Shown: in pieces, positions 21,578 to 32,064 of the stretch
How positions within the stretch are numbered: the first letter of the stretch is position 1
Layout: every line of letters begins with the position of its first letter
Assembly (NCBI RefSeq): GCF_004010195.1
Contig: NC_057717.1
Coordinates: 102,979,676 to 103,025,101 of the forward strand
From: Chiloscyllium plagiosum
Lineage: Eukaryota
Direction: 5' to 3'
Length of the DNA stretch: 45,426 bases
Translations under genes and position numbers: made by a program
The notes under the pieces: model-generated
Told to the model about the DNA's origin: nothing
Database searches by the model: none
What the model saw: the letters and a program-made list of their open reading frames with translations, nothing else

Positions 21578-21849
21578 TAGCTCTTTACTGAGCTTTCCAG
21601 TTGGTTCCACAGCGCTGCTCTTTTCCTGTAGGCATCAAGTAAATAATTCATTCATTCTATTGAATCTGCTTTCACTGCCTTTTTATACTATTTCACATCA
21701 TAACTCATTGACGAAAACAAATTTCAACTCTGGTTACATACGAACGTATATTGGATCAGTTTCCAAGTTTGAATAACCGAAGGTCAGGAATATCCAGTGA
21801 CCATTCAAAGTGAAACACTGAGCTTATGACTGGCCAAAGGAACAATCTG

Positions 21850-22380
21850 AGCTAAGCAGGGGTGCATTTGGGATCTCCAGCAGGGCCAGGAGTGGAGGCA
21901 GGAGGGGCCTGACTCTTCCCTGGCTTTATTCCAGTCAGCTCCCATCTTCCCACAGGTCCCAGGGCCTGGGCTGGGGAGGGCTAACGTCAGGGCCCAGTAA
22001 GCAGGGCTCGAGTGCGCCCAGTGGGGTTCGGCTGTGCCTGGTTTGGGGATTGGGATGGGGCTGGGACAGGGGAAGCGATTTCTCCCTCTGCCCCAGTTCA
22101 GGGTGAATGGATGGGTCCTGTGCTGGGGTCAGCACTCCAATCCATACCTTTACCAGCCCCGCAAGACTGTGGTGGCTATGTTATGAAAGCTGGCCCTGAA
22201 ATGAAGATTCAAATGAGTAAGAGGGAGAGCACCTCCCTCCCCACCTCCCTCTCCATCCATCTCTCCCTCTCACTCTCTCTCTCTTGCTTCACCCCATCAC
22301 AGCCTATTACTGTTGGTGAGTTTTCAGAGCCCGCCGCTCGCCCTTCTTTGAGTAGCAGAACCACTCCATGCCAATGAAGG
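21850..22380. promoter_or_regulatory. GC-rich island with two G-quadruplex motifs, CRE-like site and TC-rich tract; possible promoter/regulatory region
   Basis: GGGcctGGGctGGGGaGGG at 21962-21980; GGGGattGGGatGGGGctGGGacaGGGG at 22045-22072; TAACGTCA at 21982; pyrimidine tract 22232-22290. Confidence 0.35.
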
Positions 22381-22726
22381 CATCCTAAAAAATCCCCAGG
22401 ATGGGCCCATTTCCCAAACCTTGGAAGATGGATCCAACATCTGCAAACATTCCTGACTTCTGCATCCTACGCCTGGAAAGGTGGGAGTCACAGAGAACAG
22501 TAGGCAACGGAAACTGGGATTTTGAACTTCCTAAACTATTTCTGTGAAAGTGCGTGACCGACAGGCATTCCATGAAATCCTGTTGCCCATCTTCCAAATA
22601 AAATATAATCTCTAATGAGCTGGATACATAAAGTCCTGGACTCATCACTTACACTGACGATGGAATAGAGTGCACAAATATAGCTTATCCTGAAGAAATT
22701 GCCCATATACATTTATAGATACGTAC

Positions 22727-22869
22727 CCACATTGGAGAAAGGCTGCAGTTTTCCACCTGGGATGATGATGAGTGATCTTTCAGCTCAATCTCACTCTCCA
22801 TTTTGAATAAAGTTGGAGGTGACTTGGAACTGGATCTATACCAGAGCATCAGCTGATCTGGTGTACACC
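22727..22869 (-). CDS. Candidate 143-nt coding exon of an unidentified host gene
   Basis: Acceptor ctcccattaccttcccgttgtccggtttcag|, donor TGG|gtacgt; open frame CTPDQLMLWYRSSSKSPPTLFKMESEIELKDHSSSSQVENCSLSPMW ending in phase 0; AAAATGG Kozak context at the second Met; unique sequence; protein not recognised. Confidence 0.4.
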
Positions 22870-23519
22870 CTGAAACCGGACAACGGGAAGGTAATGGGAG
22901 AGGCAAACAGCTGACAGAAGCGAGCAAGCAAAAGACATTGAGGGGCAAGACCTGAAGGGCAAAGGTCAGGTAGGAAGCCAAGTCAGATTGACGGCAGACT
23001 GCCCAATGAACAATTTAAGGGCGAAGATCCAAGAGGAGAAGAGGTTGAGGAGAACATAATGTTAGAGACGACAGAGAAACTAAAATGAGAAAAGATTAAG
23101 GATGGGGAGGCATCAGTAGAGATAGCATTAGATGGACACATTGGATTGAATGGTGGGGGGAGAGAGACAAATCAGGATATGAGAGGCACCAGGAAGCTAC
23201 AAAAGAAATCAGAAGAGGCACTCCTTATGTGTTTACAATGTACAGTCATTCTTTCTGAGTTGGTGAATTGCAGCATAAAACCAGAGGACCTGTTGTTTGA
23301 CCGAAGTAAATGATGTGCACAATTGGAAAATTAATACTTTATTAACTTCGTAAATACCACCAAGTAAATACTGCAGATAAATGAGAGCCAGTACATTTCA
23401 ATATCACTCGCTTGGGTCTGACTGTAGAGGATTTTCAGAACTATAGTATTTCAGGGATTCTTGCATTATTTGATAGAGCATTCAGAAAGTCTCAGGGATG
23501 AAGGTGACCTGCGAGGAAC

Positions 23520-23860
23520 AAGGGAAAGATCCTGTAGATGCTAGAGATCTGAGTAACCACAGAAATTGCTGAAGAAGCTCAGCAAGTCTGGTAGCCTCTG
23601 TGGAGAGAGAAACAGAGTTAGCATTTTGGGTCATTCTATTCTTTACAGTAGTAGCTGTTGCTGAAGATTGTACTGTTACCATTCACGCATCCTCAAGATT
23701 CATTTTTCGCTCCCAGTCCCCCGGCTTTCTCTTTGATCTTGGACTGTGATCTCCTTCTGTTATTTAATCTCTCCTGCCCTCCATCCAATCACCGATCCTC
23801 CTCCCTGTCCCCTGTCCTGCTTTCTCCAATTTGCTTTGAAACGATTGTATCTCTAAGTAC
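23520..23860. mobile_element. Degenerate PLE terminal/3' UTR remnants (family C-like)
   Basis: 'cagaaattgctgaagaagctcagcaagtctggtagcctctgtggagagagaaacagagttagc'; pyrimidine-rich UTR-like 23750-23860. Confidence 0.55.
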
Positions 23861-23864
23861 TTAG

Positions 23865-24300
23865 GCTTCACGAAAGCATTTGACAAGGTCCCTCGTGGTA
23901 GGCTGATCCAGGAGATGAAGTCACGTGGTGAGTTGGTAAGCTAGATTCTAAACTGGCTTGGGCAAAGAAGACAGAGGGTAGTTGCGAAGGGATGTTTTTC
24001 TGACTGGAGGTCACTGACCAGTGGTGTTCCTCATTGATCAGTGATAGGACCTCCATTGCTTGTAATATACATATAAATGACTTTTGGATGAAAATGTAGA
24101 TTGTCTGATTAGTAAGTTTGCAGATGACATAAAAATTGGTGGCATTATGGATAGTGAGGAAGGTTGTCAAAAGATACAAATCAGTCAGAAACTTGGGTGG
24201 AAAAAAAGCAGATGGAGGTTAATCTAGAGAAGTGTGAGGTGATGCATTTTAGAATGTCAAATGCAAGAGGAAAGTATCCAGTAAATGACAGGAACCTGAG
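23865..24300 (+). mobile_element. CR1 ORF2 RT fragment (decayed)
   Basis: 'aaagcatttgacaaggtccct' (KAFDKVP) and 'agtaagtttgcagatgac' (SKFADD); frameshifted. Confidence 0.85.
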
Positions 24301-24382
24301 GGGAGGCCATGTACACTAATATACTACTCCATTAGCTATACTGCCTAATATTAAACATGTTACTCCATCTACTTAGTCATGC

Positions 24383-24925
24383 AGTCATAGAGATGTACTG
24401 CATGGAAACAGACCCTTCAGTCCAACACCGACCAGTATCCCAACCCAATCTAGTCCCACCTGCCAGCATCTGGCCCATATCCCTCCAAACCCTTCCTATT
24501 CATATATCCATCCAAATGCCTCTTAAACGTTGCAATTGTACCAGCCTCCACCACTTCCTCTGGCAGCTCATTCCATACACGTACCACACTCTGCGTGAAA
24601 AAGTTGTCCCTTAGGTCTCTTTTATATCTTTCCCCTCTAACTCTAAACCTTTAAGGGCGGCACGGTGGCACAGTGGTTAGCACTGTTGCCTCACAGCGCC
24701 AGAGACCCGGGTTCAATTCCCTCTAGTTCTGGACTCCCTGACCCCAGGGAAAAGACTTTGCCTATTTACCCTATCCATGCCCCTCATAATTTTTTAAACC
24801 TCTATAAGGCCTCTGACGCTCCAGGGAAAACAGCCCCAATCTATTCAGTCTCTCCCTGTAGCTCAAACCCTCCAACCCTTGCAACATCCCTGTAAATCTT
24901 TTCTGAACCCTTTCAAGTTTCACAA
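24383..24925 (-). mobile_element. CR1/HER1 LINE 3' portion
   Basis: Near reverse complement of 37820-38280; tail 'agtcatagagatgtactgcatggaaacagaccc'. Confidence 0.9.
24655..24720 (+). mobile_element. Isolated HE1 SINE tRNA-like head inside the CR1
   Basis: 'gggcggcacggtggcacagtggttagcactgttgcctcacagcgccagagacccgggttcaattcc' with intact A and B boxes; CR1 resumes at 'ctctagttctgg'. Confidence 0.85.
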
Positions 24926-25329
24926 CAACGTGTTCCTCACTTTGAAGCCGACTGTCTCACACGCTATGAATACTTTACCTTTCTATCCATTCCCTATCTC
25001 CTCATATCCTACCTGACTAACTCTGCCCACACTGTACTATTTATGCCCAGTGATGTCTAGCTTCATGACATCATCGTAAAGTTTTCCCAATATTATGCAA
25101 ACTGATTTACAGTTGTCTGCTGTTTTTAAAAAAAATCTCCCTCTCTTTTTGAATGGGGTGGGGGGGGGGGGTTAAATTACCAGTTTTTCTATCTTCTCAG
25201 CTTTTAGCAGAATCTAAGGATTCCTAGAAGATTTTACCAGGGCATCCATTGTCTCTGAAGCTCTTTCATTTAGCATATCATTAGCACCTGCCTCACCTCC
25301 TTCTGCATCTCCATTACCAAGTGCTTACA

Positions 25330-25610
25330 GTGTTATGCAAAGGAGGTGGGTTCACTGGGGGAGCTCAACATGTAACAGGCTCTGCCTCTGTGTAATGGAT
25401 TAATCTCAACACAGACGAAAGCTTAATGCCAGTTGTCGTAATTGTTATACCAGCACCAATGTAGGTCTGATGAAAAATGCAGTGGTGGAAACCGTTTCTA
25501 GTCTCTCTAACCGTGCAAAAACCCAATGGATGGAAGCATTAATTCATGCAATTTAATAAGCAAACTGCTGAGGTGTCAGGACATTATGTCAAATTAAAAT
25601 ACGCGAGATG
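25330..25610. promoter_or_regulatory. Unique island, candidate enhancer/CNE
   Basis: TAATGGATTAATC, ATTAATTCATGCAAT, TTATGCAAA, TGTCA x2. Confidence 0.3.
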
Positions 25611-26182
25611 GATGTGGGAGTCTGGTACTCATGCAGAATCAGACTTGATTACAAAGCAGCTCCTGGCTCACCTGGGAGACCAAGATAACAACAAAAACAA
25701 AGGCTGTTGGTCTCTTCTGCTTGTGGTTTTTGATCATCTCACTGGCCATAAATGTTTCATAAATAAGACTGCTGTTGAATATTCTTGTATACCATTCTCT
25801 GCTATTAGCAGACTGTGATGATTCTGTTATAAAAAGGGTACAGGAAATGAGAGGTCAGGGATAAGTTATGGGAGTAACTTTCACATTTGAAAAAATAATG
25901 TTTGCTCAAGTCTATAAATGGCCATGGGTTGGAAGTCCGAACTATGCAGTTGTTTGGTCTCCGAGATATGACAAAAATAACAATAACAACTCATCTCCTC
26001 TAATGCAGCTTTAGCATATAACAGCCCTTGGTGCATTATATGAGAATTATTGAGACAGATTTGACACTTACTGAGCCGCACTCAAGGCTCAGTAAGCCCA
26101 GTCAAGGAGGTTGCCTTCTAGGTAGTTTCCTAAAGAATAAAAGAGAGGCAGAGAGAGTTAGACAGGGTGGTCTAAAGCTTAG

Positions 26183-26278
26183 AGTCAAAACGCGTGGGCC
26201 TGGAAAAGCACAGCAGGCCAGCCAGCATCCAAGGAGCAGGAGAATTGACGTTTCAGGCATAAGCCCTTCATCAGGAAA
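26183..26278 (-). mobile_element. PLE-derived module, family A, 96 bp, with 13-bp TSD
   Basis: 'gtctaaagcttag' at 26170-26182 and 26279-26291. Confidence 0.9.
26247..26274 (-). ncRNA. Minimal hammerhead ribozyme core (family A)
   Basis: Minus strand CTGATGA-A-GGGC-TTAT-GCCT-GAAA-CG-TC. Confidence 0.7.
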
Positions 26279-26319
26279 GTCTAAAGCTTAGGGGACCAGG
26301 CAGCTAAAGACACAACAGC

Positions 26320-26640
26320 CAAATTCACCAAGGCTCCTCAGATAGCACCTTCCAAATCCACCACCAATTCCATCTAGAAGGCAGCAGATACATGGGAGCA
26401 CCAACCCTTGCAAGTTCCCCTCCGAGCTAATCACCATGCTGACTTGAAAGTATCTCGGAGTTCCTTCAGTGTGGCTGGGACAAAGTCCTGGAATTCCCTC
26501 CTTAAGGAGCATAATGCGTCAACCTAAGTATACCAGAGTGTTTCCCCTAGGCAGTTCATCATCACCTCCTCAAGCCAAACTAGGAACTGGTACTAAATAC
26601 TGCCCCAGGCAGCAACACCCAAGTCCCACATAAAAAAATG
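26320..26640 (+). mobile_element. CR1/L2-superclade LINE 3' end
   Basis: 'cagcaccttccaaa'-like start, 'gttccttcagtgtggctgggacaaagtcctggaattccctcc'; same family as 10980-11222. Confidence 0.7.
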
Positions 26641-26729
26641 ATTCACTGCCATTTGTGTAAGATGTCTTGAATGTGTTTCCAACCTCTGAAACAGCAGTTC
26701 ACCTGGATAATTTTCTCTCATATGTTACC

Positions 26730-27190
26730 AGGCAGATTGTCTTTAGATTATATCCAACATAGAGACTAATCACTCTCAAACCGTTCCACTGGACTGGACA
26801 TGTTGCGAGGTATCTGACACTAGACTCCTGAAACAGCCACTCAACTCAGAACTGGATCAGAACAGGAGAAACCCAATGGAAATTCTTTACCCATGTTCCT
26901 CAAAGCCCCCCTGAAGAGTTGGAACATACCCTGCCTCCCTGGAGTCCCTGCCCTGCGACTGAGCAAGAGGACGAAGCTTCATTCGGGAATGCACAGAGAG
27001 ATTTCATCAGAAACGATCAGAGTCAGAGTGTGGGAGGGACCGCACAAGTTACCCATTTTCCCCACATCCCTGTGAGCACCACACTGCCTCACGCGTGGCA
27101 GTCTGCAGATTGAGCTTGGATTTGTCAGCCGTTTGAAACGGAGCAGAGACAAGTCACCCTCAATCCCCAGGGACCACCTAAGGCAAGCGA
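26730..27190 (+). mobile_element. RTE-clade LINE 3' end, degenerate
   Basis: 'cactggactggacatgttgcgagg...gacactagactcctgaaacag' reads as W-T-G-H-V-A-R...D-T-R-L-x-K-Q, resembling the RTE ORF C-terminal motif. Confidence 0.6.
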
Positions 27191-27349
27191 TGAGGTGAAG
27201 ATTTTATGTCAAACTCTGCAAATATGTGCCTCACACATGGGTAAATGTGAACAATTCACTCCTGCTCTGTAGAGTCACATCCAAGTCCTACAAAGGCATG
27301 GTACGCCCTCAAGAAGGTCCTAACAGGCTTCTGGATAAAGATGTTAATC

Positions 27350-27610
27350 CTTAGTCTATCTGTCTCTCAGGTGAAAGATTTCCACAGTATCCTGGCCAAT
27401 ATTTATCCCTCAAACAACACCACTGGAGGACATTGGCTGGTCATTTTTGCACTGGGCTTTGTAGAAACTTGCACTCCATGTTGACTCTTGTGTTTCCAAT
27501 TTACAGCAGGAACCACACATCAAAAGTACATCAGTTGGTGCAAATTGCCTTGGTCGGGGGAGTGGGGGTGGTTTGGTCATGAAAGGAGCTGAAAAAATAC
27601 AACTCTTTCT
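27350..27610 (+). mobile_element. DeuSINE (SacSINE1-like) central and 3' part
   Basis: 'tcctggccaatatttatccctcaa', 'ctggtcatt', 'tcaaaagtacatcagttgg', 'catgaaaggagct'. Confidence 0.65.
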
Positions 27611-27884
27611 TGTTTTGTTTGACAATTCACTGCTATCTGCATGTGTTTGAACATAGCTTTCATGCAAAGGCTAGGATCTGACAGTTCACTCCCACCTGGG
27701 ACTGCGAATGCCTTGTTGTGCACATTACCCATTCAATCTCTGCACTCGAACATTTAAAAATTCTTGAATTATATCCAGCTCAGGGAAACCAAGGTTATAT
27801 CAGAGCTTCGGGACAGGATAAACAAACTTACTTCTGACTGTGCAACATCTTATTTGGATTAGGCAACTGAACAAATAGAGAAAC

Positions 27885-27982
27885 CCTGACTTGGAGGGTC
27901 AGTTTGGATTTTGTATTCATGCCTCAAGAATGGTGACTTGACCCCACGACCTTCCAACTGAGAGGGAAGAGAGCTTTCCACT
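27885..27982 (-). mobile_element. DeuSINE 5' head fragment
   Basis: 'gacttgaccccacgaccttccaactgagagg' is the reverse complement of a tRNA-like head with B box. Confidence 0.5.
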
Positions 27983-27999
27983 CCAATGGATTTTTCTTT

Positions 28000-28170
28000 A
28001 GTTTGTCATGGGATCTGGGCATTACCGAGGAGGACAGCTCTTGTTGCCCATCCCTAGCTGCCTCACCACTGCATAGGCCAACTAAGAGCCAACCACATCG
28101 TTATGGGTCTGGAGTCACACATAGGCCAGATCAGGTCAGGATAGCAGATTCCCTTCTCTAAAGGGCACCA
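28000..28170 (-). mobile_element. SINE type B 3' half (5' half resumes ~28850-29000)
   Basis: 'gggtctggagtcacacataggccagatcaggtcaggatagcagattcccttctctaaaggg'. Confidence 0.7.
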
Positions 28171-28272
28171 GAGAACAAAGAACAAAAGAGAAGTCCAGCA
28201 CAGGAATAGGACCTTCGGCGCTCCATGCCTGTGCCGATCATCTTGCCCCAACTAAACTAAGAAACAAACCTT

Positions 28273-28572
28273 GGTGAGTTTTGAGAATATTTGTAGCTCA
28301 GGTTGAGGTTTTGGATGTAGGTTTGCTCGCTGAGCTGGAAGGTTCATTTCCAGACGTTTCGCTACCCTACTAGGTAACATCTTCAGTGGGCCTCAGGCAA
28401 AGCACTGCTGAAAATTCCTGCTTTTTATTTATATGTTTGGGTTTCTTTGGGTTGGTGATGCCATTTCCTGTGGTGATGTTTTTCCTGTGGTGAAACCACT
28501 TCCTGCTCCTTTTCTCAGGGAGTGGTAGATGGGGTCTAACTCGATGTGTTTGTTGTTAGACTTCTGGTTGGA
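28273..28572 (-). mobile_element. Penelope/Poseidon-like element 3' end (family E) with hammerhead
   Basis: ORF 28429-28638 contains SNQKSNNKHIELDPIYHSLRK, a PLE endonuclease C-terminus; 'aacaaacctt' at 28263 and 'aacaaaacctt' at 28572 as an imperfect TSD. Confidence 0.8.
28353..28386 (-). ncRNA. Minimal hammerhead ribozyme core (family E); best-formed copy
   Basis: Minus strand cca-CTGAAGA-T-GTTACC-TAGTAG-GGTAGC-GAAA-CG-TC-tgg: 6-bp stem II, 3-bp helix I (cca/tgg), GUC cleavage triplet. Confidence 0.8.
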
Positions 28573-29094
28573 ACAAAACCTTCTGCCCTTATTCTGGCCA
28601 TATCCCTCCATTCCCCACCCCCCCGTCCATGTAACCATCCAGATGCCTCTTAAATATTGCCAACATGCCTACTTCCAACACTTATTCTTGCAGTGTGTTT
28701 CAGGCTCCTACCATTCTCTGCGTGAAAACCTTCCCTCACACATTTCCCTTAAACCTTCCCACTCTCACCTTCAACCTGTGCCCCCCTGTCATTGAAACTT
28801 CAACCCTGGGAAAAAGCCTCAGAGCTCAGACTTAGTTTAACTGCAAACAATGATGGTTGGCATGGCATCATCACTGAGGCTAGCTTTATCTTCCAGCTTA
28901 TATTAGTTAAGTTTCAATCCCAAAAGCTACAAGGGTCTACCCCTGGTGCAGTATCCTGAACCTCTAGATTACTCAGTGGCATTTGTCACTACGTCACAGT
29001 CATATTCCTACACCTTTGGAACTGTGGGTTAACCCCCTTGCATTTTAGCCTCGTGTGGAATCTGAGTGGAGCTTTGATGAAGACAAGACAGTGA

Positions 29095-29240
29095 GAAAGA
29101 CAACACAGAGAACCTGTGAAACTCTCAGCAGGTCTCAGAGAGAGTTAAACCTTTGGGGAGATTGTGACCTTTCGTTGAACTGAAGTGCTAGCTCTGATTT
29201 CCCGTTTGCAGACTGAGTGTTTCTCAGCATTTTCTATCTG
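29095..29240. mobile_element. Degenerate family C-like fold-back PLE module
   Basis: 'aactctcagcaggtctcagagagagttaa' opposed to 'ctgagtgtttctcagcattttct'. Confidence 0.45.
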
Positions 29241-29249
29241 TCCCTGAGA

Positions 29250-29700
29250 TGTGCTTAATTTGCAATAATTTGCTTTTGTGTCAGACAATAAATACCTGGT
29301 CTTAATGACAGCTACAATAGGGAGCTGGTCTCTCTGATCACTGTGGAGCAGCCAACATTGAGTAACTTCTCTGCGCCAGCCAATGAGTCTGGGTAAATTC
29401 ATTAGTGGCCCTTTTATTTTGTGTATGTCCGTGGTGTGAATCTTTCTTGTTAGGAATCGTTTTTGTCAGACAATTTCTCTAACCGTGCCTCTAGACCATC
29501 ATGATTCATCAAGCCTCACCACTGTGCTTCAGGGTTACAGCGAACACTGTGCACAAAGCTTCAGCAGAAGATTAACTGTTCGGCTGCCCTTGAGGGAGAG
29601 CTTTCAATTGTTCATCAATCAAAGGCACAGTTCAGTCCACTCAGGAGAATTCAGCCATCTCTCCAAGAGCAGTGCCCTGAAGGGGATTGAGTTTATGTGT
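29250..29700. promoter_or_regulatory. Unique island, candidate enhancer/CNE
   Basis: TTAATTTGCAATAATTTGC, TAATGACAG, 'tgtcagacaat' twice, ATCAATCAAAG (Pbx plus TCF/LEF-like). Confidence 0.35.
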
Positions 29701-29961
29701 TAGTAGACGTCCCTTGCATCTTTTCAGTTGTTTCAAACTCATGTGCATTCTGACCACTGCACCCTCTGTCACCCATCCTCGCCAATCTCTGTATCTCTAG
29801 CATGGCTGAGCTCCTCCAATCTGAACACCTCACGCCTCTCTATTTTTCTCTCCCTGCTTTCAATATGTTCCATGAAACCAGGCTCTTTGACCAACCATTA
29901 TAGTCAAGATGGATGTTAGTTTGGTTTCAGACTGGAATTGCGTGTTTAGCCAGTCTGGATA

Positions 29962-30073
29962 AAGTTAAAAATCACACGATACCAGGTTATAGTTCAAACC
30001 AAATTGGACTATGACCTGGTCTTGTGTGGTTTTTAACATTGTCTACCCCAGTCCAACACTGGCATCTCCACAT
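29962..30073. mobile_element. Family B fold-back module lacking the hammerhead core
   Basis: 'aagttaaaaatcacacgataccaggttatagttcaa' opposed to 'ttggactatgacctggtcttgtgtggtttttaac'; 'ctggata' at 29955-29961 and 30079-30085. Confidence 0.8.
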
Positions 30074-30194
30074 CAATACTGGATAGTTTTCCATCTTATG
30101 TTAATTGTGCCTTATGTATTGTTTCAGTTCTTTCGTGGATTTGAGTGATGTCCCCTCCATGCGTTCCTGCCTGTTTTTTTTAAGTCGTGGCTTT

Positions 30195-30878
30195 GTAGGC
30201 CAGAATTTATTGGCCGTCCCGTGAGGGAAGCACAGTGGCTCAGTGGTTAGCACTGCTGCCTCACAGCGCCAGGGACCCATGTTCGATTCCAGCCTCAGGT
30301 AACTGTCTGTGTGGAGTTTGCACATTCTCCTCGTGTCTGTGTGGGTTTCCTCTGGGTGCTCCGGTTTCCTCTCACAGTCCAAAGATGTGCAGGTTAGGTA
30401 AATTGGCCATGTTAAATTGCCCACAGTGTTCAGGGATGTGTAGTTGGGTGTATTAGTCAGGAGTAAATATTGGGGAATGGGTTTGGGTAGGATACTCTTT
30501 GGAGGGTCAGTGTGGGCTTGTTGGGCCAAAGGGCCTATTTGCACACTGTAGGGAATCTAAGAGATGTAGGGATTCTAATTCCTAATTGCCCAGAGGACAG
30601 TTAGGAATCAACTTTATTGCTGTGATTCTGGAGTCACATGTAGGCCAGACCAGATAAGGATAGCAGCTTCTCTCCCGAAAGGGCATTAGTGACCCAGATG
30701 GAGTTTTTCCCCAAAACAACAAACAGTGATTTCATGGTCATCATTAGCTTCATAACTTTCATTGAATTCAAATTTCACCATCTGCCATGGTGAGATTTGA
30801 GCCCAGGTCCCCAGGACGTGATCTGAGTCTCTAGATTAATAGCCAAATGATAATACCACAAGGGTATTGTCTCCCCCT
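30195..30878 (-). mobile_element. SINE type B, interrupted by HE1
   Basis: 'tttattggccgtccc|HE1|cctaattgcccagagg...ctggagtcacatgtaggccagacc...taataccacaagggtattgtctcccc'. Confidence 0.8.
30228..30578 (+). mobile_element. HE1-type V-SINE, full length
   Basis: A box 'tggctcagtgg', B box 'gttcgattcc', core and tail 'cactgtagggaatctaa'. Confidence 0.9.
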
Positions 30879-31029
30879 CAACAGATAGATCTCTGAGGTC
30901 CATGTGTGTCAGTGACCTTCAAAACTAAAGTCAATGCATCCACACATCAATGAGCACACATTGGGCGTGGATAACATTTGTAATCCAGAATGTATGGTCC
31001 ATCCAATGAACCTTGACAAAGATAGTCAA

Positions 31030-31260
31030 GAGTCAACCATATTGCTGTTGGGCTGGAGTCACATGGAGACCAGACCAAGTAAGGATGGCAGTTTCCTTCC
31101 CTAAAGGACATTAGTGAACCATATAGTGTATTGCAACAATTCCTGGTTGATGTGGTTAGCTTTCAATTCTCAAATTATTTGTTAATTGAAGTTAAGTTCC
31201 ATCAATTGATCAGGTGGGATTTGAACCTGTGTTCCTACAGCGTCAGCCTCTGGATTATTG
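31030..31260 (-). mobile_element. SINE type B fragment
   Basis: 'ctggagtcacatggagaccagaccaagtaaggatggcagtttccttccctaaaggacattagtgaacc'. Confidence 0.75.
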
Positions 31261-31483
31261 GGTGTTGAAATGCAGAAACATCCTGCAAGTGGTTCGAGAT
31301 GTGATTTGAGGATGGTTAAAGATTGACACATGTTAGATGCCCATGTTGGTGGATGTGGGGTGCATGTGGTCAGTGTCCATGAACTATAGCCTGAGATGCT
31401 GGAGCTCAGCGTCCAGTATGGAGGTCGTTTGGAGCAAACAGTGAGTTGGAGTCAACAGATGGTGTCACCAGTCTCTTCATGTT

Positions 31484-31770
31484 GGCACGGTGACTCAGTG
31501 GTTAGCGATGCTGCCTCACAGCACCAGGGACCCAAGTTTGATTCCAGCCTCGGGCAACTGTCTGTGTGGAGTTTGCACATTCGCCCCATGTCTGTGTGGG
31601 TCTCCTCTGGCTGCTTTGGTTTCCTCCCACAGTCCCAAGATGTGCAGATTAGGTGGGTTGACCGTGCTAAATTGCCCATAGTGTTCAAGGATATACAGGT
31701 TAGGTGGATTAGCTGTGAGGACCACGGAGTTATGGGTCTGGGAAGGATCTTGATAGGCCGAAAGGCCTGC
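31484..31770 (+). mobile_element. HE1-type V-SINE
   Basis: 'ggcacggtgactcagtggttagcgatgctgcctcacagc...ttcctcccacagtcccaagatgtgcag'. Confidence 0.85.
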
Positions 31771-32064
31771 TTAGAGAAAGTAGAGATTCTACATCCAAAA
31801 TTTGCAACCTCTAACTAGGTCAATCTATTTGGTAAGGTAGGAAGCTGGACATTAGAGAGACAAATACTGCCAATAATAAGGCATTTAACAACTTCAATTC
31901 TTCTCAGCTGGCCACTCACCATTTGGCAAATGCGCAAAACGCACCATGAGTCACTGTCAAGATTGGGAAGGGTTTTATTGGACTTCTTACATAATTCTGT
32001 ACAAACCTCACCATGACCCGTGTCTCTGGGAGTCCCCCTATCATACTCTGTCCAAAAAGATTCA

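Larger units (their letters stand above)
25980..26320 (-). mobile_element. L2-type LINE 3' end, interrupted by a family A module
   Basis: 'gatttgacac...gtcaaggagg...agagaggcagagagagttag...aaagcttag[insert]gggaccaggcagctaaagac'. Confidence 0.55.
28170..28820 (-). mobile_element. CR1 3' end with (AGAACAAA)n tail, split by the PLE at 28273-28572
   Basis: 'agaacaaagaacaaaagagaagtccagcacaggaataggaccttcgg'; resumes 'ccttctgccctt...cttccctcacacatttcccttaaacc'. Confidence 0.75.

Noticed and set aside
21230..21776. His/Thr-rich and Cys/Val-rich ORFs
   Set aside because: Translations of the TG/CA microsatellite.
24655..24720. tRNA gene
   Set aside because: A and B boxes belong to the HE1 SINE head; no complete cloverleaf or terminator.
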